Below, piece after piece: positions 50,156 through 62,515 of a stretch of 64,000 bases of DNA. Source of the stretch: Mobula hypostoma (Eukaryota); the NCBI RefSeq assembly GCF_963921235.1, contig NC_086097.1, positions 75,270,001 through 75,334,000 on the forward strand, given 5' to 3'. Below the pieces are notes generated by a model. The model made no database searches and was not told where the DNA came from. It was given only the letters and a program-made list of their open reading frames with translations. How positions within the stretch are numbered: the stretch's first letter is position 1; the number at the start of each line of letters is the position of its first letter. The translations under genes were made by a program, and so were the position numbers.

Positions 50156-52319
50156 TGCATCTTGAGAAAGGCTTACACTCTTTCTATTTCCTGTCTTCCA
50201 TTAAAACCAAACTGAAATGGACAAGATTCAACCTCAGTCTGAGTCTCCTGTTCATTGATATTTCAGCAGCAGAAAATTCTTCTGTGGATTGAGGTGTGGT
50301 TCAATAACTTAAAGTTATTTGGAAGCTGATGTTTCATGGTCATTCTTAATCAGCATTATATAAACTATTTCTTCAATTGTTCTTTTATAGTTTAAATTGC
50401 CTGCATACTAAAAGAATCTTTCTTGTGATTGTTGTCGCCTCTTTCTAGGGTAGTCTTAACAAGACATCTGCTGAAGCATTTTGTTTGGATGCTTTATATT
50501 TTATGTGGCTGACATGTGAGAGCGCACAATGGCCGATCCCTGCATCTGTGGTGAACCCATCATGTGCCAGATTTAAAATCCAGTATGACTCGCAGATGTT
50601 TGTAATTAGCAACATTTATAAACAGTCTTTCCAACAAGAATTAGTGAAACTGTGTCACAATGAATATAATTACCATTTCCTCCTTCTTAAATTATGTCAT
50701 TTTTTCTACTTTTGGTCAGTATAAGGGATAATGTCAACTGTACAGAACTTCAGCAAATCAGTTACAATGCATGCTTGATGTTACATTGTGCTAAAGATGT
50801 TTCACTGCTGACGTTTTTTTGCATTGGTAGGTTATTTTTGCTGATCCTCACTTCGATGCCATGGTTCTCGTTCTTTAATTGGTGGTGAAGGAGTGTCAAC
50901 TCTCCAACAAGATTGGGTAAGAATCTGATTAAAACCCAAGGGAAAAAATTGACTTCATTGTTATTTTTAGGACATCCTGCCTTTGACGACGGTGCCAATT
51001 TTCTCTTCTATTAGCTGCAGCTCATTTTCATCTACTTACAAACCTAAACAAATGCCCTCATTTTATTGAAGTCGCATATGCTTTGTTTAAGCTTGACAAG
51101 ATGCCAATGCAATTTTTTAAACACTTCCTCAAGTATTTGAAGGCTCTCCACCTCTATGCCAGTTGCAATTAAAATAACATCCTGATTGCATGGAGAATAC
51201 TTAGAATATTTTTTGTGCTAATTTTACCCCTTTCAGTCATTTGCTGTATGAATACAACCACTTGTGGGATTTAATCATCAAGAAATATTGGCTTTCTTCA
51301 TCCACGTCATTGTTGTAGATTTGAGAGAGATCTAGCTTCATAGAAGTTCTATAAGCTAACTTATCATACAGATCTTGGATATAGATTGTAGGTACTTATA
51401 TTCATTTACACCTCTGTGTAGAACCATTTGGTAATCTCCAAAGTTTGTCTCCCAGCTGAGCAATATGAAGTGCACTATCCACTCACTTTGTGCCACTTTC
51501 ACGAGTAAGCTGTGCCACACAAATTTGTTATTTTTATTTCTATTTCTGCTGGGTTTACTAAAGCTCGATCTGACATCTGGTTTTAAAAGTTTCTGAGCTT
51601 TATGCCTCTCAGTGTTCATGCACAAATTGTTGAACGTGCCATCACTTTGTAGGAGAAACCCACTAAAATCTGGTTGTGACATATTTTCACTGAACACATT
51701 TTTCCTATCATGCTCTAGTCTTCTCAGACAATCTTCCTAGCAAGGTTGGATTCTTAATATAGTGGATATTCTTAATATCCACTCTAAGTTTTAGCCTTAG
51801 CTTCAGACTGTTATAAAGGAATACATATTCTATTTGTCCCAGTATTCTCGACATCTCACTAGATTATGTTCTTAATTTTATTCTTCTCACTAATGACACC
51901 TAAATAACCTTCTAGCTATGAATCTTTGAATGGATTGCTAACTGGCTGCCACATAGAAACAGAAAGTTGTAATAAGTAAAACTTGTTCATATTAGAGGGA
52001 ACTATCTTTCAGGATGGAGGAATTGGTACTTGAGCACAAAAAAGATACAGCCAGCAAAAGTCATCCACCAACACCATAGGCAGTGACTGCTGCAGGTGTT
52101 TCTCAGGGGAACAGTCCACTTACAACTGACACCACTCAAGCAGTTAAGAGAAGAAAGACACATATGAAATGGTCATTAGAAATAAACACATTCATAATGT
52201 GTATATTATCAATACTGACATGAGAGCATAGGGTTACATACTTCATCAACAGTTTATAGCATAATATCCCTCCATGCAAGTAAATGCACAATGAATAGCA
52301 GATCAATAAAGAGTGATAA

Positions 52320-55300
52320 TTAAAAAAACTTAATCCCATAGGCATGTTAAACCAAATAAAATATGAAGTAGCTTGAGAGCTAAAAAGAAACCAACCTAAA
52401 GACCACAACAATAATATACAGTAAAAGAAAATAATGAAGATGCCAACCCATGAAACATTGCTGAAAATAGAATGACTTCAATAACTGCTCCACAACCTGA
52501 TGGCAATAGCAACAACACAGATGTAGAGTCACTGCAGAATGCTGGTACTGAAGCTGAGCTTACAGAAAAAATTGTCCTAACATGTAACATCACAGTAATA
52601 GAATATATGGGCACTGACCCATCAAAAAGACCCTGCATACCAAAACAAAACACATCATCAAATTTTGCAAAAATTGCTAGTACTCTCAACAATATTATAT
52701 TCCCACAATATTTAGGAAAACTTGAAACATTTGAAGAACTACACACTGTGAGCATTATCAGCAGTGCAATGCAATGGCACCAAAATAGAGGTACTCATTA
52801 ATAAAAACTCAAACCTAAGTAAAGGAATGAGAACACTGAAATGGCAGAAGAGATTAGAACAGAAATAACCTGACTAATGGAGTATGAAATGGATAACCCA
52901 AGCAAGAAAGTTAAGAGAGAAGCTAATGAAATACTAAGGAAATATAAGGTCCACACAAGATACAATCAACCTAACAAAAGTATTGTAGTATTTATAGATA
53001 CACTAAAAGAAAAGCCAGACTACTTCTTTACATAAAATGCACCAGACAAAGGAAACAGAATTAACAGTTCAGGAAAAATGAAGAAGGTTTATATAGGACA
53101 TTCAAACTAAATTTGATGCACCAAAATCTCACCAACTATAACACAGAATTACCAGCAAACATAGAGATAATGAAATTTTGGCCAAATATCTGGTCAAACA
53201 TGGCAATCAACAATCAAGAAGCAAGCTGGATTAGGGAGGAAAAATTACACACACATGATTGAAGAAATATAAATACCTAAAGTTACAATAGATTTGCTAA
53301 AAGTGGTTATAAAAATGCCCACAAGTGGAAAAGTACTGGTAGTAATAATATTCATAATTATTGGTATAAAAAATTTACTTGCCTTCATCCATGCCTATTA
53401 ATACATGTCAACAATTTTCTTAAAAATCCTGAAAAAGTGTCCAAATTTTTGATAAAAAAACATATCTCTTACCTAAAGGAGAAACTACAAATGACCCATC
53501 AAAATATCATCTTGTTACTTGCTTACAAATGATATTTAAAATTGTAACATCATGCATCTCACAACTAATCAACCTTCACTTACACAATCACAATATATTT
53601 ACAGAAGAGCTGTAAGGTTGCTGTAAGGGTATGAAAGGATGTAAAAAACAACTGATAATAGAATTTGCAATTCAAATCAAGCTGGTGGAAAAGGAGAAAT
53701 CGTTCATATTGTTATGACTACCAAAAGGCATTTGATTCTGTACCACACTTATGGTTAATAGAAGGTCTTATTATGTATAAGCTACACACCATATCTGTGA
53801 AATTCCAACAACATTCGATGAAGCATTGGCATAACATAATCACTCTATCAAGTAACAACCAAAAAAGAACAACCGCCGTTATCAAAATAAACCAAGGCAT
53901 TTTCCAGGACGACTCTCTAAGAATACTATGATTTTATCTAGCTTTTTTTTCCTTTTTATTGTTTACTTCCCCCCCCCAACTAGCTTTAAACAGGGTATCA
54001 AATCAGAGACAACCTAACAAATTGTACCTTGACACACCTATATATGGATGATTTGAAATTATATGCTCCTTCATCAGTAAAGCTAAAACATTTAATTCAA
54101 ATAGTAGAACAATTTTCTAAAGATATAACCATGAACTTTGGATGAGATAAGTGCAGAACATTAAATGTAAAGAAAGGTGAAATAGAGCTCGTAGAGTATA
54201 AAACAGAGCAGCAGGATACATTACAACCAATGGATGAATATGATACGTTTAAGTGTCTGGGATATCAACAAGCAAAGAAAATAAATCATCGTGTGATTAA
54301 GGACAAACTATCAACAGAATTTACTTAAAGGCTTAAGAAAATCTGCCAAACAGAACACAATAGTAAAAATATAACAAAAGCAATAAACACTTTTGCTATA
54401 CCCATATTAACAAATTCTTTTGGCATAATATCTTGATATGAAACCGATCTTGAAAATTTACAAAGAAAGATAAGAACTGAAATGACAAATTTGAGAAAAC
54501 ACTATGTAAATCGAACACACTTAGGACAGAATGAGGAAGGGAATAACAGACATAAAAAGTTTACACGACAGTCAGATAAAACTTCTAAGGATATATTTTC
54601 ATCAATGAAAACAGAATTCAGCACTCCACATGAACATATGCAATTCTGATAAGAAGTACACACTACTAAACTTTAAGTGAAAACACAATCCAGAAAAATG
54701 AAGAAATTGTCATCACAGAAGAAAAAAAATAACTAATAGAAGAGTGTGATCGTTCATGGAAGACGTTCCAACGATGTGAGCAGACTAGGTGTCAATGTCT
54801 GACTCAGAGTCAGGGACCTCCTCCCAGAAACAGAGGGGTTCCTTGTGGCAATACCGGATCAGGTGGTTAACACCAAAAAATATCAAAAATGCATAACGAA
54901 AGAGCAACAATTTCAAGATGATAAATGCAGAAAATGCCAACAGAAACCAGAAACAATCTAACACATTACAGGATTCTGCAGCAGTTTAACTCAATCTGAT
55001 TACTTATACAGGCACAATCAAGTGGCAAACATCATTCACCAAAATCTTGTTTTAAAATACAAACTCATAAAAGCCACCATATCTTACCATGAGTACAACC
55101 CTGATCCAGTTTTGAGTGACAGTCCTACAAATTATATTACAACTGATCAATTATTACAGACAGGACAGTCCATAATAACCATCTGGATATACTACAGGAT
55201 AAACAGGCAAGAACAACTTAATAGATATGGCCATTGCAAACACACACAAGATACAGAAATGAATAAGTGAAAAACACCAGAAATATGTTGAATTAAAAGA

Positions 55301-55566
55301 GGAAGTTGAAAGATTATGGAACAACAACAGGGTATACATTGTCCCACTAGTAATATCTACAACTGGTATCATCTCAAAGTCACAACACAATAGTATTAAA
55401 CAATTAGGCCTACGCAGCAATATTTATGTAAATATCCAGAAAGCCACAATACTAAACACCACTATAATAGTCCAAAAGTTTCTAGCAATTGAAAAATGAG
55501 TGTGCCTGTATCCCAGGTTTTACCAACTTGAGCTGAGAAAACAATTAAAACATAAAAATAATAATT
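52320..55566 (+). mobile_element. R4/Dong-clade non-LTR retrotransposon (RT + zinc knuckle + restriction-like endonuclease), decayed
   Basis: DYQKAFDSVPH (53716), GIFQDDSL (53896), HLYMDDLKLYA (54035), KCRKCQQKPETI*HITGFC, YRHNQVANIIHQNL, a degenerate PD..D..K-type region, and an A/TAA-rich 3' end. Confidence 0.88.
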
Positions 55567-57200
55567 ACTTATTTATAGAGCACTTTTCATAGAAATGATG
55601 TAGTTCAAAGTGCTTTACAATGGGATAAAGTGCAAACTTGAGAATAAAGGGCAAAAATATGATAGTTAAGAGTAAGGTTAAATAAATGGGTTTTGAGCTG
55701 GCTTTTAAAAGTGTCAGCTGAGTCTGCATCCCTTGAATTTTTGGTACTGAGCTCCACAGTTTAGGAGCATAGTTCAAAAAAGCTGACATGCCAATTATCT
55801 TTTGAGGGAAATTATTTAAGTTTAAGAGACCAGCGGAGGAAGTGCTGAAAGCTCGAGCAGGATTACAAAACAAAAGCAATTTTGTAATGTACTCCAGCCC
55901 CAGACCATTGAAAACTTCAAAAATAAGTAAGAGAATTTTAAAATCAATTCTAAATGATACAGAAATCCAGTGCAAGGTAGTTAGGGTGGGAATGATATGC
56001 TCTCTTATCCTGGTTTTTGTTAAGTCTAGCAGCCATGTTCAGAATGAGGTGAACTTTGTCAACAAATTGCTTTGGAAGGCCACTATAAAGTGCATTGCAG
56101 TAATCCAGTCAATTCGATACAAAGGCATGAATTAGCTTTTCAGCATCTTTATTTGACAGAAATAGACCTCCTTTTGCTCTGGTCACTCTCTTTATGTGGG
56201 ATTTAAAATTCAACTATGAATCAAGGATAACACCCAGGCTTGTTATTTCTGATTTTACAAGGGAAACTGAATTCCCAAGTTTATCAAGAAGTTTATCTTT
56301 TGGCTTTGGGACCAATCAAAAAGTTTATCTTCACTTAGATTAAGGAAATTTTTGCTCGTCCACTTGTTTATAGGAGACATACCAGAAGTCAGAGAAAATG
56401 GGGTGTTATCATCATTAGGCTCAACTGAGATATAACTGTATGTCATCTGCATAATCGTGGAAATCAGGTTTCTGTTCTCTAACTATGTCTCCTAAGGGGA
56501 AGCCTGTATAAGGAGAAGAGTAGGTCACTAAGATGGCTTCCCAGAGCAACACCAAAAGGTACATCGTATCTCTTAGAAAATCATTTTCCAAGACAGACAA
56601 AACATTTTCTCCCTAAGATTTATGAGCAAAACCAATTAAGAGTGCTGCTCTAAAACTGGACTAAAACTTTTCTGGAATATTATTCTCATTCAGAAAGTTA
56701 TTTAATTGGTTGAAAATTACTCTCAATAATATTGCCCAGGAAGGTTTGGCTTTTTAAGTAGGAGTTTGACAGCCACAATTTTGAAGGTATCTGGAAAAAC
56801 TCCGGTTTCAAGGGATGTGTTAATAATTTTTCTAATAGAATTGAAAAAAAACCATAAAGCGTTCTTAAAAAGTGTGGTAGCGAGAGGGTTGAGACAGCAA
56901 GTAGATAGTTTACTCTTTGTTACAATCTTATAGAGTTCTGAATCAGAAATACTTGTAAATTTTGACATGGTTACCATCTTGCTACAAGATTTACTGCAGA
57001 GGTTACCAGTATCTGTAGCTATACTCTCCCTAAAGGAAGTAATTTTGTTGATAAAAAAACTATTGTGCATTTCTCATATTTTGTGGCAGAAGCTTGACTA
57101 GGGACATTAAAGTTTGGGGCAAGGTTCAACAGTCAGTTTATAGTTAAGAACAATATCCTTGACTCATTGCTATTCTCTGTAATAATCTTGGAAAAATGGG
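55560..57200 (-). mobile_element. L2-clade LINE fragment (RT + 3' end)
   Basis: HDYADD at about 56442-56459; HWISVSFRIDFKILLL...APKLWS; L2-type 3' end AAAGCACTTTGAACTACATCATTTCTATGAAAAGTGCTCTATAAATAAG followed by (TAT)n. Confidence 0.9.
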
Positions 57201-57625
57201 GATGAGAGGGTTGTCCTACCAAGAGAGGCTAGACAGTTTGGATTTTATCCCCTGAAGGTTAATGTAATGAAAGTGATCTTATTCAAACATGATATCCTAA
57301 AGGGGATTGAAAGGGTCAACTGTGAGATGTTCTTACTAGTACTGTCATAAACGAACGGCCAAACAGTTGCAAGGTAATGGGTCGGTCATTTTAAACTGAG
57401 GAACATGGAAATTTCTTCTCTCAGATGACAATGAATTTCTGGAATTCTCTGCCCTCGGAGTTAGGTGACATGTCATTGGATTTCTTTAAGGTGGAGTTAG
57501 ATAAATATTTGTAAGATAAAGGAAATAAGGTTTATGGAGATATGATAGAGGAGAGGAGTTGAGGTATGATTGTTTTGAATGATGAGGCAGGCTTGAGGGA
57601 CTGAGGGCCAAATCCTGTTCCTATT
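57200..57625 (+). mobile_element. Old CR1-like 3' fragment
   Basis: GGATGAGAGGGTTGTCCTACCAAGAGAGGCTAGACAG (MRGLSYQERLD), AATTTCTTCTCTCAGA, TTTAAGGTGGAGTTAGATAAAT. Confidence 0.75.
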
Positions 57626-58274
57626 TTTTTTTTGGTCTCTTTGTGTTCTCTCCCATGAAAAATATCTGTAGCTGTTTCAATATTAAGTCAATATCTCGAC
57701 TGTTATCTTTAATTTTGAAATTATTGTTGCTTTTGTTTGTTATCACAAGTGGCTTAGTGGTGCATTCTGCAGACCACTCACACTTCTCAGTGTTGTGTGA
57801 TACATTCCTCTGAGGTTTTATGCTGGTAATCGTTTCTCTTCCCATTGGGACTTCACTTAATTGCCACTATTCTGGTTCACTGTATCATCTCTACCCTTGC
57901 ACACATATCCTTGCTCGAACAACTAAATTATTTTGCAGCTGTAAAGCAACATATTTAACTTGAGTAGTTCCATAGCAATGCTTGCAAAATTTCCCTCTAT
58001 AGGTATTTTCTAGGATTCATTGTTGAAGCCCCCACCATTTTTCCTGCCATTGTTCCATAAATACTGTTTACACAAACTAATTATTTCCTGGATTGCTTAG
58101 TTCATCAGCTATGTGATCAGAAGCTGGGAGCAGCAAAGCTGGGTGAGGAGCCCATCTCCACCATTTCTTTATAGGAACACTCCTAGAGAGCAGATGTGAT
58201 ATTAGTTGTAACGGACCCCAGTTGCCAACCCCCCAAGAATACTGCACATTACCTTTCCACTGAGACTCATCACT

Positions 58275-58372
58275 ATGGCATCTGAAGCAACAAATGGTCA
58301 GCAGATCGAGCAGTCTCTGTAGGGAGAAAACAATTTCCTGACATTTTGGGTTGAAACCCTGTATGAGGATTG
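58275..58372 (-). mobile_element. Very degraded PLE terminal-repeat fragment
   Basis: TCAGCAGATCGAGCAGTCTCTGTAGGGAG...GACATTTTGGGTTGAAACCCTGTATGAGGA resembles the copy at 1228-1322. Confidence 0.5.
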
Positions 58373-59204
58373 TTTCTCTGACACAACAGCTGCTTATTTA
58401 TCATGCAAAAATAGAGGCCACCATAAACATAACTTTTATTATTAAATTGGGCCATCCCACTCACCATGCTATCCTGATATTCCCTTAATGGGCAGATTGC
58501 AGAACTCTAGTACAACCTACAAGCCCCTTCCAAAGTCAGGCAGCAAGATAACTTTGCATGACATTGGTCTGTGATGCCTCTATATCATTGGGATATTGGG
58601 TGGTTGCCACTCGAGCTGCAATGGAAGCTGAAACTTCATTCATCATTCACTCCCTCATAACTGGGTACACAAGAGTTTGGGATAAGAAGGAATAAACCTT
58701 ATATGAGAGGAAGGATCAAATGTGAAAATTCTGCTCTCTTTATGGTTTCGACCAACTTTCTGGCTGCCACAATAGTTGTTCTGATCAACCACATCAATGT
58801 CTCTTTCAGGAAATATTAACATGCAAGCATTCTTCTCCATCTCCGTCTTGTTGGCATGTTGCCTGCAATACACTAGACAGACTTGAAATACAGTAAGCGA
58901 TCCCTGCATCATTTTCAAGGATGATCCAATTTAGCTTGCAAATTTTATAAACTGTTTCAGCTTGAATCCTAAATTGTATGTGTCTTTGAATAGGTTCAGA
59001 ATGACTTTGAATGGCAACATTTTTCTGGAGATGTAGTGTTATAGATATTTACACGATTTGATTCCGTCAATGTAATTCCAATATGCTGAACTTTGAATTA
59101 TGGAAAATGAAATGAAATGTGCCTCCAGGGAAGCAAAGCAATTGTAAATAAACATGTTTGCTATTTTTTCCCAACATGTAAGGTCCCAACAGAACCAAGG
59201 AAGG

Positions 59205-59335
59205 CCAAAATAAATGCAGATGCTGGAAATTTGAAATAAAAATGGAAATTGCTGGAAGTGTTCATCAGGCCAAGTAGTACCTGTGGAGCGAGAGAGAGAG
59301 TTAATATTACAGGTCAACAATCACTGTCAGAACCA
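59205..59335 (-). mobile_element. Old PLE terminal-repeat fragment
   Basis: TGCAGATGCTGGAAATTTGAAATAAAA...TGCTGGAAG...CAGGCCAAGTAGTACCTGTGGAG. Confidence 0.6.
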
Positions 59336-59484
59336 GGAAAAGATGGAAATCATTTTTCTTTAAGTTGCTGAGACAGGATTACAAAGGAAATTCCAGTGAA
59401 GGGATGGTGACAAAGACATTTCATTTACTCTCTTCATTCTTTGTCTTCACTGCAACTTGAAATAGATTTAGTTTCTAACCTTTA

Positions 59485-59745
59485 AAACACAAGAAATAGG
59501 AGCAGATGTAGGCCATTTGACTTGTCAAAACTGTACCACCATTCAATAAGAACATGACAGATCTGGCTATGAATTCACCTCCACCTAGGCTTAATATCCA
59601 TATTTTGCAATGGTCTCTCTAATGATGTCTTAAATATGTTTCATGAGTTTGCCTCTGTTGCTCTCTTGGGCAGAGAATTCCACCAATCCATTACTCTCTG
59701 TGCAAAATAGTTCCCCCTCATCTCCATCCTAAATCTACTCCCCAC
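59485..59745 (-). mobile_element. CR1-like 3'UTR fragment
   Basis: AAGAAATAGGAGCAGATGTAGGCCATT...CCACCATTCAATAAGA...GGGCAGAGAATTCCAC. Confidence 0.7.
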
Positions 59746-59749
59746 TGCA

Positions 59750-60350
59750 CCATGCTTAGAATGAACAGTTTCTAAGTAGCATCATTTGTGTGTTTGTGTC
59801 AAAAAACAGTGACTTTTGTCACTGGCAGCTGGTAAGTAGTAAACAGTAAGCAAATTCAGACTGTTTTGCTCACTGCAGTTTCAAGCATTCAGGCTTGCAG
59901 ATACCAGAAAAAGTCAGGAGTGAAAATGAAATGATTTTACTACTTCAACAAGTTAGGTACTATGAAGAATTTGAAGGTATTGGCAATCATCTTGAATGTT
60001 ACAATTAAAAGTAAGATTTGGAGGATGCAATCATCAAAAGTGCTGTTTGAAGGCAGTGCACAATCTGCATTGATTATGTTCATTTAGTCAATCAAAAGAA
60101 CACATCTGCATACACTGAATGAATTCCTCCATTCATAACTATTAGAAACTAATACACATTTTTATAGTACTGTAGTTGCTTTGGTAGTGTTCTAATTTAT
60201 TCTTTATTTCTGTACTTCATTTAGAACCATAACTTGTTACTCAGTTAAATGGTAGTTTGTCTTTCTTTAAAAATATCTTTTATTATTTCCATGAAAAATT
60301 GGATAATTGGGACAAATGTACTTATCCTGATGTGTCCCAATTAACCAGAA
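59750..60350. mobile_element. Possible pogo/Tigger-like DNA transposon remnant
   Basis: Ends with the self-complementary pair TAATTGGGACA...TGTCCCAATTA (60304-60343), reminiscent of Tigger/pogo termini; the other end is not seen. Confidence 0.35.
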
Positions 60351-61370
60351 TTAAAAAGAGAGGGAAAAATAGTCAGCTAATGTACATGGATTCATTGTCC
60401 ATTCAAAAATCTGAAGGCAGAGGGGAAGAAGCTAAAACACTGAGTGGGTGCCTTCATGCTCCTGTATCTCCTCCTTGATAGTACCAATGAGAACAGGACA
60501 TGTATGGGTGACAGGGGTTCTTAATGATGGATGTTGCCTTTTTGAGGCATTGTCTTTTGAAGATGTCCCTGATGATGGGGAGTCTAGTGCCCAGGATGAA
60601 GCAGGCTGAGGTTATAACTTTCTGCAGCTTTTTCAGACTCTGTGCAGTGCAGTGGCCTCTCCATACCAGGTGGTGATGAAACCAGTTTGAATGGTACAGC
60701 TGTAGAGTTTTGGTGACACAGTAAGTCTCCTCAAATCCTCATGAGATACAGTATAGCCACTGCTCTGCCTTCTTTGTAATTGCATCAATATGTTGGGCCC
60801 AGGATAAATTTTCAGAGAAGTTTGCACCCAGGAACTTGAAACTGCTCACCCTTCCCAGTGCTGATCCCTCAATGAGGACTGGTGTGTGTTCCCTTAATTT
60901 CCCTTTCCTGAAGTTCACAATCAATTCCTTGGTCTTACTAACATTGAGTGCATGGCTGTTGTTGCAACACCACTAATCTAGCTGAACTATCTTGCTCCTG
61001 TATGCTTCCTCGTTACCATCTGAAATTTTGCCATCAATAGTCATGTCATTGCAATACACACAAAATCCTGGAGGGACTCAGCAGGGCAGGCAGCATCTAT
61101 GGAAAAGAGTACAGTCAATGTTTCGGGCTGAGATCCTTCAGCAAGCCTGAAACGTCAACTGTACTCTTTTCCATAGATGCTGCCTGGCCCGCTGAGTTCC
61201 TCCAGCATTTTCTGTGTGTTGCTTGGATTTCCAGCATCTGCCAACTTTCTCTTGTGTGTGAGTCATGTCATTGGCAAATGTATGGATGGTATTTGAGCTG
61301 CGCCTAGCCACAAAGTCATGAGGTCGCTCACCCTGCTCTTCTTGGGCACTGGTATGATTGTTGCCCTTTG
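60351..61370 (-). mobile_element. Rex1/Babar-like LINE fragment split by a PLE mini-element
   Basis: ORF 60739-60924 (IVNFRKGK...SFKFLG...LSWAQHIDAITKKAEQ); TIHTFANDMT at 61260-61290. Confidence 0.88.
61052..61260. mobile_element. Fold-back PLE-derived mini-element
   Basis: About 78-bp inverted arms (61052-61129 / 61144-61221); 13-bp direct repeat AGTCATGTCATTG at 61039-61051 and 61261-61273. Confidence 0.88.
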
Positions 61371-61454
61371 CAGTGAGAGATTGAAGATGCAAAACAAGCT
61401 TTTTCAATTCACGCACCAAAACTCCAAAGTTATTCTGTACAACGGCATGCTGCA

Positions 61455-61577
61455 ATACTTCACCATTTAAATAATAATCTGATTTCTATTTTCCCTTCCA
61501 AATTGGATGACCTTGCATTCACCAACATTGTATTCCATCTGCCATACCCTTGCCCACTCACTTAACCTATCTATATG
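61455..61577 (-). mobile_element. CR1 RT fragment
   Basis: The minus strand reads RLSEWARVWQMEYNVGECKVIQFGRENR. Confidence 0.75.
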
Positions 61578-61681
61578 TATCTGTATGTAACTGATTTTTG
61601 AGCATTCAGCTTTGAGTCAGAAGAATGGAGGCTAATATCTCATGGCAGAAACCAGGACACAGAATCTAGCGTGGCAGATTA

Positions 61682-61776
61682 CAGAATCAGAATCAGGTTT
61701 ATTATCACCAGCATTTGTTAACTTATCAGCAGCGGTTCAATGCAATACATAATATAGAAGAAGGGGAAAATTTTTA

Positions 61777-61807
<31 letters not shown>

Positions 61808-62515
61808 TTATTCAGTATGCTTTATATAGTATATATATATATATTGAATAGATTAAAAATTGTGCAGAAAACAGAAATACTACATTTTTTTAAAAAGTGA
61901 GGTAGTGTCCAAGGGTTCAATATCCATTTAGGAATCAGATGACAGAGAGGAAGAAGCTGTTCCTGAATTGCTGAGTGTGTGCCTTCAGGCTTCTGTATCT
62001 CCTACCTGATGGTAACAGTGAGAAAAGGGCATGCCCTGGGTGTTGGAGGTCCTTAATAATGGACGCTGCCTTTCTGAGACACCGCTCGTTGAAGATGTGC
62101 TAGGTACTTTGTAGGCTAGTACCCAAGATGGAGCCGACTAAATTTACAACCCCCTGCAGCTTCTTTTGGTCCTGTGCAGTAGCCCCACCCATACCAGACA
62201 GCGATGCAGCCTGTCAGAATGCTCTCCACGGTACATCTATAGAAGTTTTTGAGTGTTTTTGTTGACATACCAAATTTCTTCAAACTCCTAATGAAGTATA
62301 GTCACTGTCTTGCCTTCTTTATAACCACATCAATATGTTGGGACCAGGTTAGATCCTCAGAGATCTTAACACCCAGGTACTTAAAGCTGCTTTCTCTTTC
62401 CACTTCTGATCCCTCTATGAAAATTGGTACGTGTTCCATCGACTTACCCTTCCGGAAGTCCACAATCAGCTCTTTCATCTTACTGACGTTGAGTGCCAGG
62501 TTGTTGCTGCAGCCA
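61682..62515 (-). mobile_element. Rex1/Babar-like LINE 3' fragment, same subfamily as 18989-22077
   Basis: CSNNLALNVSKMKELIVDFRKGK...FKYLGVKISEDLTWSQHID; same 3'UTR and (CTGATT)n tail as the near-full copy. Confidence 0.92.

Noticed and set aside
58655..58918. Possible minus-strand exon (87-aa ORF)
   Set aside because: No recognisable homology and no convincing splice-site pair.
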